Part shown: positions 18,485-27,707 of the stretch, one piece after another | How positions within the stretch are numbered: the stretch's first letter is position 1 | How the letters are laid out: each line of letters starts with the position of its first letter | Assembly: GCA_965206745.1 (NCBI GenBank) | Contig: OZ242220.1 | Coordinates: 1,760,001 to 1,824,000 of the forward strand | Reading direction: 5' to 3' | From: Nitrosopumilus sp. | Lineage (GTDB): Archaea > Thermoproteota > Nitrososphaeria > Nitrososphaerales > Nitrosopumilaceae | Length of the DNA: 64,000 bases | Position numbers and translations under genes: made by a program | Notes under the pieces: generated by a model | Databases searched by the model: none | Told to the model about the DNA's origin: nothing | What the model saw: the letters and a program-made list of their open reading frames with translations, nothing else

Positions 18485-19156
18485 ATGAAAGTTGGCATTA
18501 TTGGCGGAACAGGTGGAATGGGCAAAGGGTTTGCCCTGAGGTGGTCGCAGAACAATGACATAGTTATCGGCTCAAGGGATGCTGCAAGGGCATCAGAGTC
18601 CGCAGCAGAGTATGTAGCACTTGCAAGGGAGGCATTCGGCCAGATAAAGGGGACGATTACCGGAAGTGATAACCTCACAGTTGCAAAGGAGAGCGACGTT
18701 CTGATTCTATCAATTCCATATGAGAATATTGACTCTGTATGCTCGAATATACTATCTGAAATCAAAGACGGATGCGTTGTTGTATCTCCAATCGTACCAA
18801 TGACCAAGACGGATGTCGGATTTGAGTGCATCTCCATTAAGGAAGGCAAGCCGTTTTCATACAAGCTTGTTGCAAACCACATGAAGGACAAGTCAAGACT
18901 CGTATCTGCATTCCATGTAATCTCCGAGAAGAAGCTGGTCAACCCCGCACTGGAGTTGGACTATGACATCTTTGTCTGCGGGGATGATGAGGGTTCGGTG
19001 CAGACAGTCAACGGCCTGATCAATCAGATAAAGGGGCTGAGGGCAATCTACCTGGGACCAATCGAGTTGTCATATCTTGCAGAAATGTCAACACCGCTGC
19101 TGCTAAACGCGATGATCAGAAACAAGATAAAGAATCCAGGCATCAAAATAATCTGA
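18485..19156 (+). CDS. npdG: NADPH-dependent F420 reductase
   Basis: GIIGGTGGMGKG, IGSR, SAFH, VCGDD. Confidence 0.9.
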   Translation: MKVGIIGGTGGMGKGFALRWSQNNDIVIGSRDAARASESAAEYVALAREAFGQIKGTITGSDNLTVAKESDVLILSIPYENIDSVCSNILSEIKDGCVVVSPIVPMTKTDVGFECISIKEGKPFSYKLVANHMKDKSRLVSAFHVISEKKLVNPALELDYDIFVCGDDEGSVQTVNGLINQIKGLRAIYLGPIELSYLAEMSTPLLLNAMIRNKIKNPGIKII

Positions 19157-19170
19157 GTCCCCGATTCATC

Positions 19171-19404
19171 ATGAGTCACGAATACTACAAACGGGGCAGG
19201 AACTGGTTTACCGCAATTGGCATACTCTTCTGCGTCATGGGCGGTATCGTCTTGATTCAGCAGCTGCTTATCTGGGGCATCGAGTTTGTCGAGGACTTTT
19301 TGGTCAACGGAGAGTTTACAAACGAAAAGGTCTCAGTTGCAATGCTCTGCTTTGGGATATTTATGATAGCGTGGGGACTGAGAGGGCATGAGCAAAAGGG
19401 ATGA
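19171..19404 (+). CDS. Small membrane protein
   Basis: Two TM segments, operonic position. Confidence 0.7.
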   Translation: MSHEYYKRGRNWFTAIGILFCVMGGIVLIQQLLIWGIEFVEDFLVNGEFTNEKVSVAMLCFGIFMIAWGLRGHEQKG

Positions 19405-19789
19405 GTTTCTAAGGGATCAGAAGGTACTGCGGCTGGCGACAATCGGCAGGGACAAGGCCCCGCACATTGCCCCTGTCTGGTACATGTACAGTGATAAAAA
19501 GTTCTACATTGGCACAAACACGAAAACACAAAAGGCAAAAAATGTAAAGAACAACAAGCATGTCTGCTGCTGTGTGGATGTAGGGGTCAACTCCCCGGAC
19601 ATTTATGGCGTGCTAGTACACGGGGAGGCAAGCGTCATACTTGAGGAGTCAAGGGTAAAAGAGATTGCAGAAAAGATTCTCTTGAGATATTTTAAGACAC
19701 TAGATGACAAATCTGCAAGACAGCTACTAGGCGATACTGATTGTATAATTGAGGTTGCAGCCGAAAAGTTTACGGTCTGGGACTATTGA
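19388..19789 (+). CDS. Pyridoxamine 5'-phosphate oxidase-like (F420/FMN split-barrel) protein
   Basis: RLATIG..PHIAPVWY, TQKAKNV. Confidence 0.85.
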   Translation: MSKRDEFLRDQKVLRLATIGRDKAPHIAPVWYMYSDKKFYIGTNTKTQKAKNVKNNKHVCCCVDVGVNSPDIYGVLVHGEASVILEESRVKEIAEKILLRYFKTLDDKSARQLLGDTDCIIEVAAEKFTVWDY

Positions 19790-20954
19790 CAAACTCTTCA
19801 ATCTTGTTCATTGCAGAGTCCAGAATCTCAAGACTTGGCAGGTATACCAGCCTAAAGTGTCCGCTGCCGTACTGTCTGCCAAATCCGGAGCCATGGACAG
19901 TCAGCACGCCTTTCTGTTGTAATAGTTCGGTTACAAACTCCTTGTCTGTTCCGAATGGGTTCTCCTCTATCTTTGGAAATGCGTAAAACGCACCCCTTGG
20001 ATTGGGGCAGGATAATCCCGGCATCTCGTTTAGTCGTTTAACTACAAAGTCCCGGTGCTTTTTCATCTCTGAGACAAAGTCGCCGATGTAGTTTTGCGGT
20101 CCACGCAGTGATTCCAAGGCAGCATACTGTACAGGAAGGCTCGTTGCAATCCTGACTCTTGCCAGCTTTGGCAGGTGCTCACGCAGCTCTTTTAGCTGCG
20201 GGGATTGGTTAAATGCAATGTAGCCAATTCTCCATCCGGACATCAGGTGTACCTTGGAGAATCCATTGAGAATGATTACCGGCGAATCGCCTGCGACTCT
20301 TCCGATTCCAACGAACTTTTCATCAAAGACTATCTGATCGTAAATCTCATCACAGATGATGTAGAGGCCGTGCTGATCTGCAATCTCTACCAGCTCCTTT
20401 AGGGACTTTTCATTAAATACGACGCCGGTAGGATTGTTTGGACTGATTAGGCAGATGGCCACAGTCCTTGGGGTTATTTTCAATTTGATATCCTCAATGT
20501 CTGGAGTCGAGTTGTTCAAATCCACTGCAAACTCTACAGGTACTCCGCCATGCAGCCGTACATACGAGGCGTACGGCGGATAGTATGGTCCTGGCAGCAG
20601 CACCTCGTCACCCTCCTCGACAATCGATGAGATTACCATGTCAAGCCCCTCAGAGACGCCGTTTGTGATTAGAATATCATCAGCATCAATTGAGAGTCCC
20701 TTGGCATTCTCCTTCTTGGCTATCTCCTCCCTTAGTTCGAAAAGGCCTTCAGATGAGGAGTAAAAGTTATCGCCACGGTTAATGGCACTGACCAGAGCTT
20801 CTTTGACATTATCAGGCGGTTGGAATCCAAACTGGACGGGATCGCCGATATTCAGATAGTCAACTGGCATTCCCTTCTCCTCGACCTTTCTGGCAGCAAG
20901 GACAATGTCCCTAATTGCATACTCTACTCCTACTACTTTTTTAGATACCTTCAA
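19770..20954 (-). CDS. PLP-dependent class I/II aminotransferase (AlaA-like)
   Basis: VEYAIRD, LNIGDP, PNNPTG, DEIYD, SKVHLMSGWRIG; TTG 20954 chosen because the longer ORF overlaps tRNA-Arg. Confidence 0.9.
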   Translation of the reverse strand: MKVSKKVVGVEYAIRDIVLAARKVEEKGMPVDYLNIGDPVQFGFQPPDNVKEALVSAINRGDNFYSSSEGLFELREEIAKKENAKGLSIDADDILITNGVSEGLDMVISSIVEEGDEVLLPGPYYPPYASYVRLHGGVPVEFAVDLNNSTPDIEDIKLKITPRTVAICLISPNNPTGVVFNEKSLKELVEIADQHGLYIICDEIYDQIVFDEKFVGIGRVAGDSPVIILNGFSKVHLMSGWRIGYIAFNQSPQLKELREHLPKLARVRIATSLPVQYAALESLRGPQNYIGDFVSEMKKHRDFVVKRLNEMPGLSCPNPRGAFYAFPKIEENPFGTDKEFVTELLQQKGVLTVHGSGFGRQYGSGHFRLVYLPSLEILDSAMNKIEEFVNSPRP

Positions 20955-20998
20955 AGTATCTAGACAGATATTTAGACCCGTTAAAATCTTACTTGTTT

Positions 20999-21073
20999 GG
21001 ACTCGTTGCACAGTCTGGATAGTGCGAGCGGCTTCGAACCGCTAGGTCGAGGGATCGAAGCCCTCCGAGCCCT
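20999..21073 (+). tRNA. tRNA-Arg(TCG)
   Basis: GGACTCG..GCAC..GTGC AGCGG CT TCG AA CCGCT..GAGGG ATCGAAG CCCTC CGAGCCC. Confidence 0.88.
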
Positions 21074-21087
21074 TAATTTTTAATATT

Positions 21088-21167
21088 TGAAAAACAGTCG
21101 GCGTTGTTTTAGACGGATTCTTTGAATCATCAGGCGAGTCGGCGTCCCATGGCGGGAGCCATGCGAA
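21088..21167. ncRNA. Candidate GC-rich structured RNA
   Basis: Hairpins AAAACA/TGTTTT, GATTC/GAATC and CATGGC/GCCATG; repeated AGTCGGCGT. Confidence 0.3.
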
Positions 21168-21218
21168 AAAAACCCTTTAGATTCTCTTATAAGGTAAATT
21201 ATTTCTCTGCATTGTGAA

Positions 21219-21710
21219 ATGAAAGCATCGCCGTTTAAGATCGGATTGGCACTGGTTGCTATCGGAATGATTTGGACTGCACTGATCTTTGATGAAACCG
21301 AAAAGGGATACGATTCAGTCATGTTAAAACAGGCAAACTCTTTTGAAACAGAACTAGAGTTTTCTGGCACGGGTATCGGGTACTACAAACTGTACATGCC
21401 CGAGTTTGCAGGTGAGAAGATTTTTGTCCAGATATTGGATACTGGTGAGAATGTGATCTCAGAGCAGATAGTGCAGACAAAAATGTCGGTGGGATATTTT
21501 GACTTTGATGGTGATGGAAGATACACGCTAAAGATTGCAAATGTTGCAGAGAACCAGATTGATGTACAGACGGAGTTTGGAGATACAAACTCCCAAAAGA
21601 TGCTCCCCTCAGGTATGATGGTTCTTGTAGGTGCCCTGGTGCTGATGGCTGTATCGTATGTGAAGATAAAAAATTACAGTATAGAGCAGCCCGAAGAGAA
21701 TATCTCGTAG
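21219..21710 (+). CDS. Hypothetical membrane protein (TM-beta domain-TM)
   Basis: N- and C-terminal TM helices. Confidence 0.75.
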   Translation: MKASPFKIGLALVAIGMIWTALIFDETEKGYDSVMLKQANSFETELEFSGTGIGYYKLYMPEFAGEKIFVQILDTGENVISEQIVQTKMSVGYFDFDGDGRYTLKIANVAENQIDVQTEFGDTNSQKMLPSGMMVLVGALVLMAVSYVKIKNYSIEQPEENIS

Positions 21711-22267
21711 ATTTGAATGCACTGGATTGTGTGTCCGAAAAACAGTACCAGGTTAAATATCAGCCAGGTCGTAAAGAACAAAAATGCAACAATAGAGAAG
21801 GGGAGAAACAGGCCAAGCCTCGTGTGCTCCCTGTTTTTTAAAATTATAACAGCACCCAGCGATGCAAGCACCAGGCCCAGTTCCAGCGGTTGGTGGGACC
21901 AGGAGATCAGCCCGTCAATTCCAAAGACATCATGGGACAGCGAGTCTGCAAAGCCTGAGACAATCTGCAAGACGGATCCTGCAATGACTAGTTTGATTCC
22001 GGTTCTAAGAGAACCGTGAACGGATCCTCGAAGGATCAGCACTCCTCCCATTACTGCGGCACAGCTAGTCATGGATACCCCAAAGTATACCACGATGTGT
22101 GAGGGACTCCAGAAAAATTCCGGTTCCTTTTGAAGGTGGGAGATTGCGTCCCAGAATCCTGCCGAGACAATGACGATCGGGCCGATCACGGCCAGAATCG
22201 ATACAAGGGAGACCAGCGTGGTAGATTTTGCAAGTGAGGAGTTTGAAAGCCTTGCAATTAGTTTCAT
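21674..22267 (-). CDS. Polytopic membrane protein with two D-x3-H...H motifs
   Basis: WDAISH..FWSPSH and ADSLSH..ISWSH. Confidence 0.75.
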   Translation of the reverse strand: MKLIARLSNSSLAKSTTLVSLVSILAVIGPIVIVSAGFWDAISHLQKEPEFFWSPSHIVVYFGVSMTSCAAVMGGVLILRGSVHGSLRTGIKLVIAGSVLQIVSGFADSLSHDVFGIDGLISWSHQPLELGLVLASLGAVIILKNREHTRLGLFLPFSIVAFLFFTTWLIFNLVLFFGHTIQCIQIYEIFSSGCSIL

Positions 22268-22398
22268 CTTGTTTCTACAATTATAGGACTATTTGAAATA
22301 TTGTAAATGTGTAAATTTGAAAAAATTAACGTTATGGGTAATTTTGTGGGCTGGCAAGGGAACTAACTATATTAGATGATGTACAGTAGAGAAACCAT

Positions 22399-22638
22399 AT
22401 GAGCCCGGGAATAGGATTAATGAAGAGACGCCTTGAGAAGGAGAGGGATGCTATAGTGCTGGCCATCTCAGGCATTGCCAAAAAGTACGATGTAAAGCCA
22501 GATGACATCAAGACCCTGGAGACAAAATACCATGATGATGCAGGCGATTGGTATGTCGCTTTAGGATGGGACGAAAAAAAGGCAATTATACAGATGGACT
22601 CGGTGCTGGGAACAATTACAGAGATCAAAGAGATCTGA
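22399..22638 (+). CDS. Conserved hypothetical protein
   Basis: Clean ORF, core-like composition. Confidence 0.7.
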   Translation: MSPGIGLMKRRLEKERDAIVLAISGIAKKYDVKPDDIKTLETKYHDDAGDWYVALGWDEKKAIIQMDSVLGTITEIKEI

Positions 22639-22767
22639 ATGGCAGAGAGATCCTCAATTACGATTCCGACATTATATTTTGGAGAAGATCCGTATTTCAG
22701 GTTCTTCATGACCCGACAAAATCTTAGATCATAATGATTTTAAACTAGATTGTTGTTATTATAAAAT

Positions 22768-23010
22768 ATGAATAGACAAAGTATTATCACTGATATCGAG
22801 TCTAAAGTGTCCACTTATTCCGTATGGTATATTGGAATAACTGATAATCCGGATAGAAGGAAGGTGGAACATAAAAATCCCAATACTTGGCATTCTTGGA
22901 AAGCCGATAGTGAAGAGGACGCTAGAAGTATAGAAAAATATTTTCTCGATAAGGAAATGAAAGGAGATACAGGCGGAGGGCATAACCCCACATTTGTCTA
23001 TATCTACTAA
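22768..23010 (+). CDS. Small GIY-YIG-like protein
   Basis: WYIGITDNPDRRKVEH...DARSIEKYF. Confidence 0.6.
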   Translation: MNRQSIITDIESKVSTYSVWYIGITDNPDRRKVEHKNPNTWHSWKADSEEDARSIEKYFLDKEMKGDTGGGHNPTFVYIY

Positions 23011-23502
23011 TTTTTTTGAATAGTTGGATTAGCATCTTTATTCATAAAGTTGATGAAATAAAGACATCGTGTCTTGTACAAAAAGTAGTATATTGTACTT
23101 GAAATAAGATATCAGTTCATAAGAATTAATCACCATTCAGATAGATGGTAAACTGAAATGATTTCACATGAATTGCAACGTAAGATAGTAATATTTGAGG
23201 AGATCACATAGAACAGGACTAGAGTATCTGCCACAGACAGGTTGAGAGTGAATACATCAGAGATCTGTTTTACACTGCAAAAAGAAAGGATGTCATAACA
23301 CAGTTTGTAGAATGATACAACTATGGGTGCTCACACATGTTACCAGATGTAACAATTTAAGACAACATGAACGGACATATTAGTACAAGATGTCTCCGAA
23401 AGGAACAGTTGTTGATGAGGAATCAAAAGAATACTATGTTATCAAATAGAGAAGACATACTCTTTTTTGTATCCCTCAGATATCATAATAGAATTCAGAT
23501 AT

Positions 23503-24321
23503 TCAAATTCCACCAGATTTAAAAAATATAACTCTTGGATAATCGCATGTTATACAAAATCTAGTTGATATTTCACTAGTTACAGTATCAGATATTCCAT
23601 CAGGTCCAATATAAGGAGAAAAAAATCCACTATCACAGGATGCAATCATAAAGTTGTATTTTATTTCAGGTGTTTCTAATTTTTGTTTCAAAGTAATAGT
23701 TTCAGCTAATATTAGTTCATCTTGATGATTTGGATGTTTACGTTGAAATCGATAAAGTTGTTTAGATTCTCTATTAATTTGCTCTTTGTGTGTATCAACA
23801 ACTTCCTTTTTTTGACCTGGCGTCCAATGTTCTTCTTCTGCAATAGGATTAGATCGAGTTTTTAATTCTTTAATTCGCCATCCTTTCTTGCTATATTTTT
23901 TCCATTTATCCATTAGAAAAGATGACATCTCTTTTACATCTGTTAAATTATTTTGTACATCAGATCTAATGAGTTTTGCTCGTATTAAAGATCTTAAAAG
24001 ATTTCTCATTTTATGATCAGATGAATTCATTATAGCAACTGAATTATTGTAAAAAATTTCTTTTCTATGCACATCAGTCAACCCTGATGGAATAAAAACA
24101 CTTTTTACTGCTTTTGCTAAAACATGAAAAGATTCAGATCTAACTTTTGGTACAATATATCCGATTTTTTTATGATGGTATTTTCGAAATAAGCTAAATA
24201 ATTGAATAGATTGATCATAGAATTCATGTTTTATTTCAGTGTCAAGTTCAGCAATATTTTGAATTATACTTGCAGCTACAAGAACATTGGTGTCTACTAT
24301 AACTTTTGGATCAGTCATCAA
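23503..24321 (-). CDS. PIN-domain protein
   Basis: IVDTNVLVAA, VRSE, QDELILAE, IASCDSGF acidic motifs. Confidence 0.7.
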   Translation of the reverse strand: MMTDPKVIVDTNVLVAASIIQNIAELDTEIKHEFYDQSIQLFSLFRKYHHKKIGYIVPKVRSESFHVLAKAVKSVFIPSGLTDVHRKEIFYNNSVAIMNSSDHKMRNLLRSLIRAKLIRSDVQNNLTDVKEMSSFLMDKWKKYSKKGWRIKELKTRSNPIAEEEHWTPGQKKEVVDTHKEQINRESKQLYRFQRKHPNHQDELILAETITLKQKLETPEIKYNFMIASCDSGFFSPYIGPDGISDTVTSEISTRFCITCDYPRVIFFKSGGI

Positions 24322-24871
24322 CTACCCTATAATGATCATCAGATTTTATGTTTAACTTATCCATTAGTTGTGTAAAGCGATATCGTAAATTATCTTTATC
24401 AATAGAATCTCTATCAATCTCTAATGATTCAATTAAATTTCTATCAGCTGCTACATTTCTCAGCTTTCTAGTTTTTTCTAAAATTATATTTATTGTATAT
24501 TCAGAAATAATATTTTCTTCAGACATTTTTAGTACAGTGTCTATTTGAGGCATCAAGATTAAAGAATCTGCTGCAACTTTTGGATTATCATTCATAATTT
24601 GAGACTTTTCAAATCTGTCTTCCATTTTTCCTAAAATTAATTCTACATTTCTTGCAGCTTGATAAAAATAAAATGCATCAGTGCTAGGATGTTCAAGCCA
24701 TTTAGTTTTAATTTCACATAAAAATTTTCTAAGTTGTTTTAAATTATCCAGTATTGACAGATCAACTTTTCCTGTTTCTTCCATATGATTTAGGGAATCA
24801 TTAATTTCCTGAATAATCTGTTCTCTCATCTTTAGTTTACTCCTTTCCCGCATATATAATAACAATTTCAC
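24311..24871 (-). CDS. Hypothetical helical protein translationally coupled to the PIN gene
   Basis: AT-rich ORF whose stop overlaps the PIN start. Confidence 0.65.
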   Translation of the reverse strand: MKLLLYMRERSKLKMREQIIQEINDSLNHMEETGKVDLSILDNLKQLRKFLCEIKTKWLEHPSTDAFYFYQAARNVELILGKMEDRFEKSQIMNDNPKVAADSLILMPQIDTVLKMSEENIISEYTINIILEKTRKLRNVAADRNLIESLEIDRDSIDKDNLRYRFTQLMDKLNIKSDDHYRVVDD

Positions 24872-24938
24872 TTATTAACAATTGTTATGGATTGTACTGT
24901 AATCTTGGGGGATATGGATAAATTTTGTACGAGGTTGT

Positions 24939-24986
24939 CTCAAAAAACTAGGCACAAATATTTTCGACAGTGTTGATTTGTGCCTA
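24939..24986. repeat. CTCAAAAAACTAGG direct-repeat copy 1 with perfect 11-bp inverted repeat
   Basis: TAGGCACAAAT 24949-24959 / ATTTGTGCCTA 24976-24986. Confidence 0.7.
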
Positions 24987-25063
24987 ACTAAAAAACAGAG
25001 GTGTGGCCTTGGGAACAACCCTACTAGAGAAATTTAATTATCAAACAGATTCTAAAAGATAAC

Positions 25064-25711
25064 ATGACCAGAGCGATTGTACTTGGAGGCTCGCGTGGAA
25101 TTGGCAAGGCAATTTCCGATTCCCTCAAATCAGCAGGCATTGACGTCTTTGCGGCATCCAAGGACGACATTGATACATCGGATCTGGACAGCGTGAGGGA
25201 GTTTCTGAAAAAGCATGCCCAGACAGACATTCTGATTTTGAATACCGGAGGCCCTGCACCAAAACCATTCTCAACGATATCAGAGGAGGACTGGAATCTG
25301 TACCACAACCAGCTGTTTGTGGGATTCTGCACCATACTGCAGAACATCAAAGTTAGTGACGGGGGGTACATTTTTTTGATCAGCTCAAATGTGATCAAGG
25401 AACCAAACTCCAAGCTGGTAATTTCAGCAGCATATCGCGCAGCATTTGCCGAGGTCTTCAAGGTATTGAGCAAAGAGTACGCAGAAAGGAACATCAACTG
25501 CATAAACATTGCACCGGGCCCGATAAACACAGACAGGACTCGGGAGCTAGTAGAGAATGTAAAAGAGTTTGAAAAGACACTGCCCATGGGAAGGCTGGGG
25601 GAGCCCGAAGAGATTGGAGACTTTGTAAAATCAATCATCGAGAATGAGATAAAGTATCTTTCAGGCGTCACGATAAACTTTGATGGTGCAAATTCAAATT
25701 ATATTTTTTAG
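25064..25711 (+). CDS. SDR family oxidoreductase
   Basis: LGGSRGIG, LNTGGP, NIAPGPINT. Confidence 0.9.
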   Translation: MTRAIVLGGSRGIGKAISDSLKSAGIDVFAASKDDIDTSDLDSVREFLKKHAQTDILILNTGGPAPKPFSTISEEDWNLYHNQLFVGFCTILQNIKVSDGGYIFLISSNVIKEPNSKLVISAAYRAAFAEVFKVLSKEYAERNINCINIAPGPINTDRTRELVENVKEFEKTLPMGRLGEPEEIGDFVKSIIENEIKYLSGVTINFDGANSNYIF

Positions 25712-25713
25712 GA

Positions 25714-26352
25714 CTATTTCTTAAATTCGACATTTGGCGCGTCTGGCTGACCTGCAATTGCAATCAATCCGCCATCACGCAGCTGCTGTAGCAGTTGCAT
25801 GACCTCCTTCTCCACCTGCTTTCTCTGCAGTCCGGTCTGCTGTGCAAACACTTCAACTAGTTCAGTCACCTTGCGTTGCCCGTTGCATGACTTCCAAAAG
25901 TCAACAATTGCCTGATTAACCATAAAGCCCTGCTCGTGCTCGTTTGCCAGCACCATGGAGCCGTCTTCCTGCTGCACTATCTTGCCGACCCCTTGGGGCA
26001 AGGCAGTCTCGTAGTTTATCGGTGCAGGCGTGTTCATTGCAGTACCCATGTTCTTGATTTTCAGCTTGCCCTCCTCAGTCATCTTGTCCATGGACCATGC
26101 AGGCTCCCACACGATGTCGATCTTTACATTATTTACTCCGGGAACCTTTTTTGCAAATCTTGTTGCATCCTCAACCAGAGTCTCATGCAAAGGACAGCCT
26201 TGGGTGGTCATTGTCATCTTGATGTTGACATCGTTGTTCTCAGTCACGTCAATACCATAAATCAGGCCCATCTCCACGATGTTCAGGGGGACCTCGGGAT
26301 CCATGCATTGCCTGAGGGAGTCCTCAATTGCCTGTGCAGAAACGGTACTCAT
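25714..26352 (-). CDS. DUF59 (FeS assembly, SufT/MIP18) plus PqqD-like fusion
   Basis: DPEVPLNIVEMGLIY, TTQGCP, WEPAW; C-terminal FWKSCNGQRKVTEL...LLQQLRDGGLI. Confidence 0.85.
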   Translation of the reverse strand: MSTVSAQAIEDSLRQCMDPEVPLNIVEMGLIYGIDVTENNDVNIKMTMTTQGCPLHETLVEDATRFAKKVPGVNNVKIDIVWEPAWSMDKMTEEGKLKIKNMGTAMNTPAPINYETALPQGVGKIVQQEDGSMVLANEHEQGFMVNQAIVDFWKSCNGQRKVTELVEVFAQQTGLQRKQVEKEVMQLLQQLRDGGLIAIAGQPDAPNVEFKK

Positions 26353-26388
26353 ATTGTATATGGCAGCTTGAAAAACAATAAAAACTTA

Positions 26389-27447
26389 CTAATTATTAGC
26401 TTGAAATAATTTTGGGATCGATTCCTCATAGGGGGCAGTAGCCACGCCTTTTTCCGTGATTATTCCCGAAACTAGTTCAGGTGGGGTCATGTCAAATGCG
26501 GGATTGATCACCCCGATACCGTCAGGGGCTGTTCTTGTATCTCCGATGCCTGTCACCTCGGATCCTTTTCGCATCTCAATAATGACATCTTGGGCCTCTG
26601 TTTTGAGATCAATTGTGGATAGCGGTGCTGCAACATAGAACGGAATTCCGTGCTGTTTTGCCATTGTTGCCACCTGATACGTTCCAATTTTGTTAAAGAC
26701 ATGGCCTGTCCCCACAATTCTGTCGGCCCCGACTATAACCTTGTTGACCAATCCGTTTGCCATGGAGTATCCTACTGCAGTATCTGGAACCAGGCTGACA
26801 TCAAATCCGTCATGTTTCAGCTCAAATGCAGTCAGTCTTGAGCCCTGTTGGATGGGCCTTGTCTCAGTTGCGATAACTTTGATGTTTTTTCCGCTCTCCC
26901 GAGTCGCCCTAATCACTCCCAATGCCGTTCCGTATGCGACAGTTGCCAACGCTCCGGCATTGCAGTGGGTCATGATGGTGTCATTATCATCAAAGAGGAC
27001 AGAGCCGTTCTTTCCCATGGCCTTGTTAATATCAATGTCATCATCTGCCATTTTTTTGGCAGCAGATACTACCAGTTCCCTGATTTGTACAGCAGAGTCG
27101 CCAGTCTTTGCTACATTGATGATCTTCTCCAGCCCCCAGCCCAGGTTTACCGCAGTGGGCCTAGTTGCAAAAAGGATTTTTCTTGCAGCATCCAAGTCCG
27201 AGAGCAGTCCCTCCTTTGTTGTTGCAGTGCTTTGTAAGGCAGCCAGTCCCAATCCAAAGGCCCCTGACACCCCAATTGCAGGTGCCCCCCTTACAACCAG
27301 GGTACTGATTGCGTCTGCAACCTGGTTAAAATCGTCATATTTTACAAAGACAAGTTGGTTTGGTAATTTTGTCTGATCAATCATTACAACTTTGCCGTCT
27401 TTCCATTCCACGGTTCTAAGTGATGAATCGACTGCAATTTCATCCAT
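26389..27447 (-). CDS. mtnA: S-methyl-5-thioribose-1-phosphate isomerase
   Basis: VRGAPAIG, RPTAVNL, THCNAGALAT, ETRP, NKIGTY, NPAFD; ATG 27447. Confidence 0.93.
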   Translation of the reverse strand: MDEIAVDSSLRTVEWKDGKVVMIDQTKLPNQLVFVKYDDFNQVADAISTLVVRGAPAIGVSGAFGLGLAALQSTATTKEGLLSDLDAARKILFATRPTAVNLGWGLEKIINVAKTGDSAVQIRELVVSAAKKMADDDIDINKAMGKNGSVLFDDNDTIMTHCNAGALATVAYGTALGVIRATRESGKNIKVIATETRPIQQGSRLTAFELKHDGFDVSLVPDTAVGYSMANGLVNKVIVGADRIVGTGHVFNKIGTYQVATMAKQHGIPFYVAAPLSTIDLKTEAQDVIIEMRKGSEVTGIGDTRTAPDGIGVINPAFDMTPPELVSGIITEKGVATAPYEESIPKLFQANN

Positions 27448-27586
27448 GAATAATCTCAAAATGATGCTTTTTAAAAACCAATAGAAACAAGCAATCATAA
27501 GATATGATCCTAAAACAATATTTGATAAATGAGTAATTAGTATTATCAATAAATTTTTCTTCAAAGTATTCGTATGCGGCAAACCA

Positions 27587-27630
27587 CTCAAAAAACTAGG
27601 TACAAAAATATTGGTAACAATAATTCGTGC
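27587..27630. repeat. CTCAAAAAACTAGG direct-repeat copy 2 (degenerate inverted repeat)
   Basis: Exact 14-bp match to 24939-24952, continuing TACAAAAATATT versus CACAAATATT. Confidence 0.65.
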
Positions 27631-27707
27631 TCAATGAAAAGATACGAGTAACCTCACACATGCATTCAATGATAAATACAGGTTTAAGGCGTGGCTAGCT
27701 GTGATTT

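Noticed and set aside
26389-27591. N-terminal extensions of mtnA (also rpl2 and the aminotransferase) in the ORF track
   Set aside because: Extensions run through AT-rich promoter or tRNA sequence; downstream starts match family lengths.
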